Assembly (NCBI GenBank): GCA_963775425.1
Contig: CAVZJB010000014.1
Coordinates: 32,001 to 96,000 of the forward strand
DNA from: an uncultured delta proteobacterium
GTDB taxonomy: Bacteria > Myxococcota > UBA727 > VGSZ01
DNA length: 64,000 nt
Reading direction: 5' to 3'
The notes under the pieces are model-generated. The model searched no databases. It had not been told where the DNA came from and saw only the letters and a list, made by a program, of their open reading frames with translations. The position numbers and the translations under genes were made by a program. Position 1 is the first letter of the stretch, and each line of letters starts with the position of its first letter. Positions 1 through 8,021 of the stretch are shown one piece after another.

Positions 1-183
1 TCGTGCTCTCGTGGGTGAGCGAGGACCAAGCGCGGACGGCGCGCGGGCCGGGCGCGCGGGGCGGGATCGATCGCGTTCCCCCGTGAGCGGTGCGAAGGCG
101 CGGCGACAAAAGAATACGCGGTGGGCGCGACGTTGCCTCGACGACAACGTCGCTCCACCGCTCAAACCGTCACGCCGTGACGA

Positions 184-573
184 TCAACGCTTGCTGAACT
201 GGAAGCGCTTGCGGGCGCCGGGGCGACCGTACTTCTTGCGCTCCACGCGACGGGCGTCGCGGGTCAGCAGGCCGGCCTTCTTCAGCGGCCCACGGAGCTT
301 CTCGTCGGCGTTGCAGAGGGCGCGGGCGAGGCCGTGGCGGATGGCGCCGGCCTGGCCGGAGAGGCCGCCGCCGCGCACGGTGGCGACGAGGTCGTACTGG
401 TCCTTGGCCTCGGCGGCCTCGTAGGGCTGCGCGAGGATCATGCGGAGCACTTCGCGCTTGAAGTACACCTCGATGCCCTTGCCGTTGATGGTGATGGCGC
501 CGTTGCCGGGGCGGATCCACACGCGCGCGCTCGCTTCCTTGCGGCGGCCGGTGGCGTAGAAACGGGTGGTCAT
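184..573 (-). CDS. rpsI: 30S ribosomal protein S9
   Basis: [25 protein letters not shown] and C-terminal [19 protein letters not shown] signatures; follows rplM. Confidence 0.99.
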   Translation of the reverse strand: MTTRFYATGRRKEASARVWIRPGNGAITINGKGIEVYFKREVLRMILAQPYEAAEAKDQYDLVATVRGGGLSGQAGAIRHGLARALCNADEKLRGPLKKAGLLTRDARRVERKKYGRPGARKRFQFSKR

Positions 574-590
574 ACTGGGAGTCCTTGCTT

Positions 591-1037
591 TCAGGCGCGG
601 CGCGCGGCGTCGAGCGTGAGCGGTTGGGGTTTCTGGGCGGCGTGCGGGTGCTTGTCACCGCCGTACACCTTGAGCTTCTTGAGCATCTTCTTGCCGAGCG
701 GCCCCTTGGGGAGCATGCCCTGCACGGCGAAGCTGATCATCCGCTCGGGATGCGTGGCCCGCATGTTCTTGGCGGGCGTGGCCTTCTCACCGCCGTAGTA
801 GCCGGTGTAGCGCCAGTAGATCTTCGCGTCTTCCTTCTTGCCCGTGAGCACGATCTTGTCGGCGTTGATGACGACGACGAAGTCGCCCGTGTCTGCGTTG
901 GGCGTGAAGGTGGGCTTGGTCTTGCCGCGCAGGACGCTCGCGATCTGCGAGCACAGGCGGCCGAGCACCTGCCCGTCGGCGTCGACGACGTACCAGGCAC
1001 GCTGGGCGTCGTTCATGGAAATGGATGGAGTGTGCAT
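591..1037 (-). CDS. rplM: 50S ribosomal protein L13
   Basis: [55 protein letters not shown]; ATG at 1037 inside ORF 591..1661. Confidence 0.98.
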   Translation of the reverse strand: MHTPSISMNDAQRAWYVVDADGQVLGRLCSQIASVLRGKTKPTFTPNADTGDFVVVINADKIVLTGKKEDAKIYWRYTGYYGGEKATPAKNMRATHPERMISFAVQGMLPKGPLGKKMLKKLKVYGGDKHPHAAQKPQPLTLDAARRA

Positions 1038-1170
1038 CGGGCTCGGGACCTCGCGGCATCGCGCCGCACTTGCGGAGGCCGGGTTCGGCGCCTTGCGGCG
1101 GGGGGAACACAGCCCTCGGAGTTGTGCCCCGCTGTTGGCCGGTCGGCCCCGACCTGTCAACACGGCCCCC

Positions 1171-2778
1171 GTGGACGTCGTCGCCTCCCCGCGCCTCACA
1201 CATGGCCCCGCCCGGCGGATCGGACGCGGGGGACACGCCCGCGCCGCAGCCGTGATCGTCGCGGCCGTCGTCGCCGTCGCCGCCGCCGGGTGCCACAAGC
1301 ATGAGGCGGCGCCCAGGAAGCGCCTCGTCATCGCGACCACCGCGGAGCCCGACACGCTGTGCGCCCTCGCGAGCAACAGCGGCGCGGCCCAGGAGGTGAT
1401 CGCGCTCCTGTCGCGGGAGCTCGTCGTCGAGGACCCCTCGTGGCGCACGATCCCAGACCTCGCCACCGAGGTCCCCAAGGCGCGCGTCGTCGACGGAAAG
1501 CTCGTCGTCACCTGGCACATCAAGAAGGACGCGGCCTGGGAGGACGGCGCCCCCGTCACCGCCGCCGACTTCGTCCTCGGCCTCGCCCATGACGAGCGCT
1601 CCGACGCCAAGCGCATCGAGTCCCTGGTCCCGTCGGCGGACGGCCGCTCCTTCACGGTCACCTGGCGCGACGAAAACCCGTTTTACGCCGCCACCCGCGT
1701 GCACCGGCCGCTGCCGTCCCACGTCGCCGCCGTCGCCGCGCTCGCCAAGGGCGCGCTGCGCGACTCGGCGTACTGCCGAAAGCCGCTGTCGAACGGGCCG
1801 TTCCGCTTGGTGGAGTGGGTCCCCGGGGAGCACCTGTTGTTCGCGCGCAACGAGCGCTTCCGCCCGCGTCCCGCGCTCGACGAGGTGCTCGTGCAGATCG
1901 TGCCGTCGACCACGGGCATCCTCACGCGGCTCGCCGCCGGCGACGTCGACGCCGCGTTCCCCTCGGGAGGTCCCTCGCCGGTCGAGGCCAAGCGGTTCGC
2001 CGGCGGCCACCCGGGCTTCGCCGTCGACAAGGCCCCGGGGCAGGTGTGGGCGCACATCGATCTGAACGTCGACGATCCCGCCCTCGCCGACGCCGCCGTC
2101 CGCCGCGCCCTCGCCGCCGCCCTGCCGCGCGCGCAGATGGTCGGCGCCGTCTACGACGGCATGTACGACGTCGCCGAGACCTACATCCCGCCGCGCCACT
2201 GGGCCCACGCCGAGCTGCCGCCCATCGCCTACGACCCCGCCGGCGCCAAGGAGGTGCTCGCGCCGAAGAAGCTGCACCTGACGCTGTCGTCGGCGTCGGG
2301 GCAGCCGCAGAGCGAGTCGCTGCTGCTGTTGGCCAAGGACGCCTGGAAGAAGGCCGGCGTCGACGTCGATCTCGACCTGCGCCCCTTCAAGGTCTTCTTC
2401 GGCGACACCGCGCGCAAGCGAAAGACGCAGATGGCGTTTTACGCCTGGACCATCGACAGCACGTCGTTCGGCGGCGGCCTGTGGCGCAAGGACCGCATCC
2501 CCTCGGAGGAAAACGGCTTCACCGGGCAGAACTTCCCGGGCTTTCACAGCGACGAGGCCACGACGCTCCTCGACAAGGCCGACGTCACCCTCGACCAGGA
2601 CCAGCGCGTGGCCCTCATCGCGCGCGTGCAGAAGATCGTGCGCGACGAGATGCCGGCCATCCCCATCTACTTTCGCCCCGTGGTGGCCCTGCACAGGGCC
2701 GGCGTCACCGGCCTCGCGCCGACCGGGACGCTGACGCCGCTCGCCTGGAACGCCGCCGCGTGGGACGTCTCGCCCTGA
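1171..2778 (+). CDS. Peptide/nickel ABC transporter substrate-binding lipoprotein (SBP family 5, OppA/DppA-like); no permease genes adjacent
   Basis: Lipobox [57 protein letters not shown]. Start uncertain (GTG 1171 or 1252). Confidence 0.9.
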   Translation: MDVVASPRLTHGPARRIGRGGHARAAAVIVAAVVAVAAAGCHKHEAAPRKRLVIATTAEPDTLCALASNSGAAQEVIALLSRELVVEDPSWRTIPDLATEVPKARVVDGKLVVTWHIKKDAAWEDGAPVTAADFVLGLAHDERSDAKRIESLVPSADGRSFTVTWRDENPFYAATRVHRPLPSHVAAVAALAKGALRDSAYCRKPLSNGPFRLVEWVPGEHLLFARNERFRPRPALDEVLVQIVPSTTGILTRLAAGDVDAAFPSGGPSPVEAKRFAGGHPGFAVDKAPGQVWAHIDLNVDDPALADAAVRRALAAALPRAQMVGAVYDGMYDVAETYIPPRHWAHAELPPIAYDPAGAKEVLAPKKLHLTLSSASGQPQSESLLLLAKDAWKKAGVDVDLDLRPFKVFFGDTARKRKTQMAFYAWTIDSTSFGGGLWRKDRIPSEENGFTGQNFPGFHSDEATTLLDKADVTLDQDQRVALIARVQKIVRDEMPAIPIYFRPVVALHRAGVTGLAPTGTLTPLAWNAAAWDVSP

Positions 2779-2840
2779 TCGTCAGGCGGGAGGCGCGGAT
2801 GCAATCGATTCGCGGCGATCATTCGGGCTCGCCGTCCCGC

Positions 2841-2872
2841 AAAAAGAAAGCGGCGCCTCACGACGCCGCTTC
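2841..2872 (-). terminator. Intrinsic terminator on the minus strand
   Basis: Minus strand reads AAGCGGCGTC-GTGA-GGCGCCGCTT-TCTTTTT: a GC stem with a GNRA loop followed by a U tract. Confidence 0.75.
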
Positions 2873-2935
2873 CCACACACACACACCTGGCTGACCGGAC
2901 ACCTTGAGTCTCGGCGATCCCGAGATGGAGTTGCT
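2841..2935 (-). ncRNA. Candidate ~90-nt small regulatory RNA, antisense to the flanking genes
   Basis: A minus-strand terminator lies between two plus-strand genes. Also a 5' hairpin (TCTCGG/CCGAGA, 2909-2925), an unpaired (GT)6 tract and an upstream CRP-like site. The 5' end is approximate. Confidence 0.5.
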
Positions 2936-2951
2936 TTGACTACATCCCCGG

Positions 2952-2967
2952 TGTGATCGAAGTCACA
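2952..2967. promoter_or_regulatory. CRP/FNR-family operator
   Basis: TGTGA-TCGAAG-TCACA, a perfect TGTGA-N6-TCACA consensus in intergenic DNA. Confidence 0.7.
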
Positions 2968-3011
2968 GGTTGAGGCGCAGGCCGCGGCGGGATGCGACAG
3001 CCTCGCCGCGC

Positions 3012-3938
3012 ATGAAGCTCTGCGTCTTCGGCCGCGACACCGACCCCGTCTCCGCGCACGTCGCGGTCGCCGCCCGCGCCCGCGGCCACGCCGTCGTCGA
3101 GGTGTCGCTCCACGACGCGCGCGTGTCCTTCGACGGCGCCGTGTGGCGCGCCGGCGGCCACGTCCTCGACGAGCAGGACGCCTTCGTGCTCCGCCGCTAT
3201 CCGTCCCCGACGGCGCAGCTCGCCCCCGCCGGCGAGACCCTCGACGGGGCCGCCTGGTGGGTCCGCGCCAAGAAGCAGGCCGAGCGCTCGAGCTTCGCCT
3301 GGTCCGCCCTCGTCGCCATGGAGCGCAGCGGAAAGGCCGTGGTGAACCCGCTCCTGGCGTCGGGTCCCTGCGAGCACAAGCCGTTTCAGCTCGCGGCCTT
3401 CATCGACGCCGGGCTCCCGGTGCCGAAGACCCTCGTCACCAACGACGCCGCGCTCGCCCGCGCCTTCGTCGCGAGCGTCGGCGAGGCGATCGCCAAGCCC
3501 GCCGCGGGCGGCGCCGCCGCCGTCGCCGTCGACGCGGGCAGCGACCTCGAGCCCGCGCGCGCGGCGCCCGTGATCTTCCAGGAGCGCGTGCGCGGCAGAG
3601 ACGTGCGCGTCACCGTCGTCGCCGGGCGCGTGGTCTCCACCGTGGCCGTGCGCGCCGCGGGCGACGACGTCGTCGACTACCGCGCCGGCGCCGCCTGGGA
3701 GCGCGGCGACGTCGTCTACGAAGACCACCCGCTGCCCGCCGCCGCCGCCGCGATGTGCGTCGACGCCGCGCGCGTGTGCGGCCACGTGCTGTCGGGCATC
3801 GATCTCAAGCGCGCCGCCGACGGCAGCTACGTCCTCCTCGAGGCCAACGCCGCCCCCGTCTACCTCGACATCGAAGCGCAGACCGGCGCCCCCATCACGG
3901 CCACGCTCCTCGATCACCTCGAGGCGCGCGTGCGGTGA
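3012..3938 (+). CDS. RimK-like ATP-grasp ligase
   Basis: KPFQLAAFIDAGLPVPKTLVTND, AKPAAGGA, IFQERVRGRDVRVTVV, GIDLK, LLEANAAP; ATG 3012. Confidence 0.88.
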   Translation: MKLCVFGRDTDPVSAHVAVAARARGHAVVEVSLHDARVSFDGAVWRAGGHVLDEQDAFVLRRYPSPTAQLAPAGETLDGAAWWVRAKKQAERSSFAWSALVAMERSGKAVVNPLLASGPCEHKPFQLAAFIDAGLPVPKTLVTNDAALARAFVASVGEAIAKPAAGGAAAVAVDAGSDLEPARAAPVIFQERVRGRDVRVTVVAGRVVSTVAVRAAGDDVVDYRAGAAWERGDVVYEDHPLPAAAAAMCVDAARVCGHVLSGIDLKRAADGSYVLLEANAAPVYLDIEAQTGAPITATLLDHLEARVR

Positions 3939-3965
3939 GCTGCGCCCGCTGCCCGGCGCTCCGGG

Positions 3966-5255
3966 TCACTCCGCCGGACGCAGCAGGAGGGGGCGGTCGT
4001 CGACGCTGACGCCGAGCGCGATCGAGCGCCCGTCCGGCGTCCGCGCGGCTTCGTAGGCGGTCCGGACACCGCCGATGACGTCGGGGCCGGTGGCGTGCGC
4101 GACGCCGGGGGCCACGAAGTAGCGCACCGCCCGGCCGTCGTCGGTCTCGCCCCACGCGTCCACGCCGCCGTCGACGACGACGGGCGCGAGCACGGCGATG
4201 TCCTGGTCGAACGACACCCAGGTGCCGCTCGGGAACGTGGCGCGGCTCGAGACGAACAGGGCGCCGCCGCAGGACACGGCGAAGCGGCCGTCGGGGTGGG
4301 CGTCGGCGTCGAGGCTGCGCACGAGGCCCGGGAACGTGTGCGACGCGACGGGCCAGGCGCCGCCGTCTTCGAGGGCGGCGGTGCAGGTGTCGCCGACCAT
4401 GAACACGAGCACGCGCTCGCCCGACGGAAAGGCGTCCGCGAACGCGTACTCGGCGCCGGTGGTGCCGGGCACGGGATCGCTGACGCCGCTCGCGTCGGCG
4501 AACGCGACGCCCGCGCCGGTGAAGCCGACGCTCGGGCCCGACGGCCCCCGAAAGAAGAAGACCTCCGAGGACGAGTCCAGGCCCGTGAGGGGGATGCTGT
4601 CGTCGGCGATGAAGCCGCCGGCGCCGCGGTGGGCGACGAAGGCCATGGAGGCGTTTTCGAGGATGTCGCCGACCCACTCGACGCCGGCGCCGTCGAGGTA
4701 GGTGTGGGGCAGGGTCTCCGCGAGCGGGAACGGCAGCAGCCGGGTCTGCATCGCGGTGGCGGTGACGGTGATGCTCTCGGCGGCGAGGCCATCGTTGCGC
4801 GTGGCGAAGCGCGCGGCGCCCGCGGCGTCGACGACGAGGCCGCCGTCGAAGCCGGGCACCTCGACGGCCTCGAGGCCGCAGCACAGGGGCGTGACGGCGA
4901 GGGACGCGGTCTCGACGTTGTCGGCGGGGCCGCCCTCGCCCTCGCCCTCTCCCTCGCCTTCGCCCTCGCCTTCGCCTTCGCCCTCGCCTTCGCCTTCACC
5001 CTCGCCTTCGCCTTCACCCTCGCCTTCACCCTCGCCTTCACCCTCGCCGCCGGGGCCGTCTCCGGCGCCGTCCGGGCGCGTCGCGTCCGACGGGCGTTCG
5101 CAGATGCCTGCGCGGCTGCACGACAGGGGGGCGGGGCAGCGGTTGTCGTTGCCGGGGATGCAGCGCACGGCCGGGAGGCACGCGCTCGCGCCCGCGGCGA
5201 GGATGACGAGCAGCGCTCCGGCCCAGGCGCTTCGCGCCGTGCTCGCGGTGCTCAT
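3966..5255 (-). CDS. Lipoprotein with Cys-rich N-terminus, (GE)n linker and probable beta-rich domain
   Basis: Signal ending GASAC; about 19 GE pairs; ATG 5255 overlaps the upstream stop (ATGA). Confidence 0.75.
   Translation of the reverse strand: MSTASTARSAWAGALLVILAAGASACLPAVRCIPGNDNRCPAPLSCSRAGICERPSDATRPDGAGDGPGGEGEGEGEGEGEGEGEGEGEGEGEGEGEGEGEGEGEGEGGPADNVETASLAVTPLCCGLEAVEVPGFDGGLVVDAAGAARFATRNDGLAAESITVTATAMQTRLLPFPLAETLPHTYLDGAGVEWVGDILENASMAFVAHRGAGGFIADDSIPLTGLDSSSEVFFFRGPSGPSVGFTGAGVAFADASGVSDPVPGTTGAEYAFADAFPSGERVLVFMVGDTCTAALEDGGAWPVASHTFPGLVRSLDADAHPDGRFAVSCGGALFVSSRATFPSGTWVSFDQDIAVLAPVVVDGGVDAWGETDDGRAVRYFVAPGVAHATGPDVIGGVRTAYEAARTPDGRSIALGVSVDDRPLLLRPAE
4935..5048 (-). repeat. 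Hexamer repeat encoding (Gly-Glu)~19
   Basis: Run of GGN-GAR codons (ctcgcc/ttcgcc/ttcacc on the + strand). Confidence 0.95.
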
Positions 5256-5932
5256 CGGTCGTCCTCCTCGGTGAGCGTGGCGACGAGCATCAGCCCGCCG
5301 CCCGCGGCGACGGCGGCGCCGGCGACCGCGGCGGCCAGCGGGAGGGTGCCGGCGAGCGAGATGGCGCGCGCCTTGTCGGCGCCGGGGACCTCGGCGCGTG
5401 AGACGGTGTCTGCCGCGTAGCCCCACAGGCCCGCGGTGCCTGCGAGGGCGGCGGCGCCTGCGGCGGCGAGGCCGCCGCCGGACCACAACAGCACGGCGGG
5501 CAGCGGCGACGGCGCCACCGCCGCGGCGCCCGCGCCGCGGGAAGCCTCGCGCAACGACGCGCCGTCGGGTGTGGCCTCGCGCTCGGCGCGCCCGAGCACG
5601 GCGCCCGTGTTGAGGTCGAGCTCGCGCGCTTCGACGACCCAGCGATCGGGCCAGCGGCGCGCGGCGACGCTCAAGAGCCGGTTCGCGCCCAACGCGTTGC
5701 CGACTTCGGCGAGGCAGCTCTCGTCGGCGCCGCAGGACTGCCACTGCGCCTCGACGCGCAACAGGGCGCGGATGTCGTCGGGGGCGACCACCTCGCAGCG
5801 CGTGGCGCCCGCCGCCCCGGCGGCCGCGGCCGCAGTGACGAGCTCCCGCCTCGAGGCGCTGTCGCTGCTCGTCAACTGCGCGGGCATGACGACGATGGAG
5901 CAGCCCGCCACGAGGGACGCGAGGATCAGCAT
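5252..5932 (-). CDS. Hypothetical exported/membrane protein with myxobacterial CsgG/TolB_N-like domain and C-terminal hydrophobic helices
   Basis: LVAGC, CGADESCLAEVGNALGANRLL motif, two C-terminal Gly/Ala-rich TM segments. Confidence 0.65.
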   Translation of the reverse strand: MLILASLVAGCSIVVMPAQLTSSDSASRRELVTAAAAAGAAGATRCEVVAPDDIRALLRVEAQWQSCGADESCLAEVGNALGANRLLSVAARRWPDRWVVEARELDLNTGAVLGRAEREATPDGASLREASRGAGAAAVAPSPLPAVLLWSGGGLAAAGAAALAGTAGLWGYAADTVSRAEVPGADKARAISLAGTLPLAAAVAGAAVAAGGGLMLVATLTEEDDR

Positions 5933-5940
5933 GCGGGCTG

Positions 5941-5960
5941 AATGTAACGATCGTTACATT
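5941..5960. promoter_or_regulatory. Perfect 20-bp palindromic operator overlapping a minus-strand promoter
   Basis: AATGTAACGA|TCGTTACATT; minus-strand TTGACA at 5967-5962 and TACATT at 5946-5941. Confidence 0.7.
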
Positions 5961-6007
5961 TTGTCAAACCCAACCCTGTCGATCCGCGCCCGCGGCCTGT
6001 GCAGCGC

Positions 6008-6325
6008 TCACGCGTCGGAGGAGGCGAGCGCGGCCCACAGGCCCAGGCCGATGACGGCGGCCACCGCGATGAGCTGCGCCGGCGTGTCGAGCGCCAGCGT
6101 CCCGCGGGCGAAGCCGAAGGCGCCGACGGCCCCGGCGACCGCGCCGAAGCCGACGAGCGCGACGTCGCGCCGCGAAAACGGCAGCTTCCGCCGCGCCGGG
6201 GTCTTGTTCGGGAGGCGCGCGAGCACGGCGTCGGTGAAGCGGTCGTCCGCCGCGACCCGTTGGGCGTCGCCCTCGAGCAGCGCGGCCAGCCAGCGGTCGT
6301 CGTCGGTGGGCGGGAGAGAGCTCAT
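6008..6325 (-). CDS. Small membrane protein, probable anti-sigma factor
   Basis: Overlaps the ECF stop (ATGA); DDRFTDAVLARLP followed by two TM helices. Confidence 0.7.
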   Translation of the reverse strand: MSSLPPTDDDRWLAALLEGDAQRVAADDRFTDAVLARLPNKTPARRKLPFSRRDVALVGFGAVAGAVGAFGFARGTLALDTPAQLIAVAAVIGLGLWAALASSDA

Positions 6326-6918
6326 GCGGCCTCCGGGCGGTACGCGGCGAGGAGCACCTTGAGCTTCTCCTTGCCGCGGGCGACGTGCGACTTGAGGGTG
6401 CCGACGGGCATCTCGAGGACGGCGGCGGCCTCCTCGTGGGTGAGCCCGTCCTCGAAACAGAGCGCGAGCGCGGCGCGCTCCTCCGCTTTGAGGGTGGCGA
6501 GCGCGCGCGCGACGTCGCGGCGGGCGGCGGCGTCGGGGGCCGCGGGGGACGCGACGGTCGCGCCCGCGTCGTCGTCGACGGTCTCCCTGCGCCGGTGCGC
6601 GCGGCGGGCGTCGGTGAGGAACGCGCGGTAGCAGAGCTTGAACAACCACGAGCGCAGCGCGCCGTCGCCGCGGAAGCCGCCGAGGTTCTTCCAGGCGAGG
6701 ACGAAGGCGTTTTGGGCGACGTCGTCGGCGCGGCCGCGGTCGCCGCAGCACAGCCGGAGCGCGAAGGCGCGCACCGGCGGCTGGTGGCGGCGCACGAGCG
6801 TGGCGAAGGCGTGGCGGTCGTCGTCGACGACCACCCGCGCCACCAGCTCGCGGTCGGACGGGCCCATCACCACGCGCATCGTAGGTGGCTCCACCCCGGA
6901 AGCGAACCCTCCGTCCAC
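6322..6918 (-). CDS. ECF sigma-70 family factor
   Basis: SDRELVARV, AFATLVRRHQ, ADDVAQNAFV, SWLFKL, GLTHEEAAAVLEMPVGTLKSHVARG. The start may be further downstream. Confidence 0.95.
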   Translation of the reverse strand: MDGGFASGVEPPTMRVVMGPSDRELVARVVVDDDRHAFATLVRRHQPPVRAFALRLCCGDRGRADDVAQNAFVLAWKNLGGFRGDGALRSWLFKLCYRAFLTDARRAHRRRETVDDDAGATVASPAAPDAAARRDVARALATLKAEERAALALCFEDGLTHEEAAAVLEMPVGTLKSHVARGKEKLKVLLAAYRPEAA

Positions 6919-6919
6919 G

Positions 6920-7591
6920 TCACTTCTCGCGGTGCTCGACGTACCAGGCCGCGAGGTAACCGATGCCGAGCAGCAGCGGCACGAGGCCGACGGCCCACGC
7001 GCCGTCGCCGTCGCTGTCGACCATGAAGAGGAAGGCCGTGAGGCCGAGCCCGAGCCCGACGAAGACGATGCCGCGCCGGCGATCGTTGGGCTTCTTCTTG
7101 TCGAAGGTGAGGAGCGCCTCGGGGATCTCGGTGCCGCGCTCGATCATCGCGTGCAGCGTGTCGTGCAGCATCGCCTCGCGGCGGTGGCGGGCGACGGCGA
7201 GCGCGACGACGATGCCGAGGATGGTGAGGAAGAAGCCGAGCGGCACCAGGATGGCGACGGCGCTCTTGTCGCTGTCATGGGAGTTGCGGAGGATGCTCTC
7301 GATCTGCTGGCCCGTGAGGCGGCTGCGCACGTCGGGCGGCAGGCGGGCGATGGTGGCCTCGGCGCTCTCGTCGTCGCTGTCGCTGCCGCCGCTCGAGAGC
7401 TGGATGTGCAACCCGCCGTGCTCCTTCGCTCCGTCGGCGTCGGCGGCGCCGTCGCCCGCCGCCGCGGCCCCCGCCTGCGCCGCCGCGGCCCCCGCCTGCG
7501 CCGGCGTGCCCGCCGGGGGCGCCGGCGCGTCGTCGGCATGGGCCAGGGGCGCGAAAACAAACAGGAATGCAAAGGCGACGGCGGCTCTCAT
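6920..7591 (-). CDS. DUF6249-like membrane protein with signal peptide
   Basis: Signal AHA-DD, TM helix, HDTLHAMIERG, RRGIVFVGLGLGL...VGLVPLLLGIGYL; upstream of the ECF gene. Confidence 0.75.
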   Translation of the reverse strand: MRAAVAFAFLFVFAPLAHADDAPAPPAGTPAQAGAAAAQAGAAAAGDGAADADGAKEHGGLHIQLSSGGSDSDDESAEATIARLPPDVRSRLTGQQIESILRNSHDSDKSAVAILVPLGFFLTILGIVVALAVARHRREAMLHDTLHAMIERGTEIPEALLTFDKKKPNDRRRGIVFVGLGLGLTAFLFMVDSDGDGAWAVGLVPLLLGIGYLAAWYVEHREK

Positions 7592-7599
7592 ACCCACCC

Positions 7600-7627
7600 G
7601 ACGCGCGCGGGCGCCGATCCGGATGCA
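7600..7627 (-). promoter_or_regulatory. Putative ECF-type promoter
   Basis: Minus strand TGCATCC-N17-CGTC just upstream of the DUF6249-ECF operon. Confidence 0.4.
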
Positions 7628-7666
7628 GATCTGCTCCTGCGCCCTCCGCGACGGCAGCGGGACCCG

Positions 7667-7996
7667 CTACGGGGCCTTCATCAGCAGGCGCTCGACGGGG
7701 CGGCCGTGTACGAGGTGCTCGTCGATGATCGCGTCGACGTCCTCGACGGTGCGCGCGGTGTACCAGACGCCCTCGGGCGGGTCCTTCGCCCCATAGACGA
7801 CGAGCGCGGGCCCCTGGCTGCAATGGTCGAGGCAGCCGGCCTTGTTCACGCGCACACGCCCCTTCAAGCCGAGCTTGTGGCAGCGCTCCTTCGCGTGGGC
7901 GTGCAGGAGCGCCGACTGCTTGAGCGCGCAGGACCCCTTGGGATCTTCGGGGCTGCGCTCATTCGTGCACACGAAGAGGTGATGCTCGAAGGGCAT
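7667..7996 (-). CDS. Thioredoxin-like [2Fe-2S] ferredoxin
   Basis: HLFVCTNER...KGSC, AGCLDHCSQGPALVVY, WY...DVDAIIDEHL. Confidence 0.92.
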   Translation of the reverse strand: MPFEHHLFVCTNERSPEDPKGSCALKQSALLHAHAKERCHKLGLKGRVRVNKAGCLDHCSQGPALVVYGAKDPPEGVWYTARTVEDVDAIIDEHLVHGRPVERLLMKAP

Positions 7997-8021
7997 GAGC
8001 GATGCCTACTATGCTGACCGG

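Noticed and set aside
2667-2882. 71-aa minus-strand ORF as the source of the terminator
   Set aside because: It starts within the GT repeat, reads through the terminator and overlaps the SBP gene.
3012-5255. Functional link between the RimK-like ligase and the Glu-rich (GE)n lipoprotein
   Set aside because: The genes are convergent and the products are in different compartments; GE tracts are genetically encoded and occur elsewhere without a ligase.
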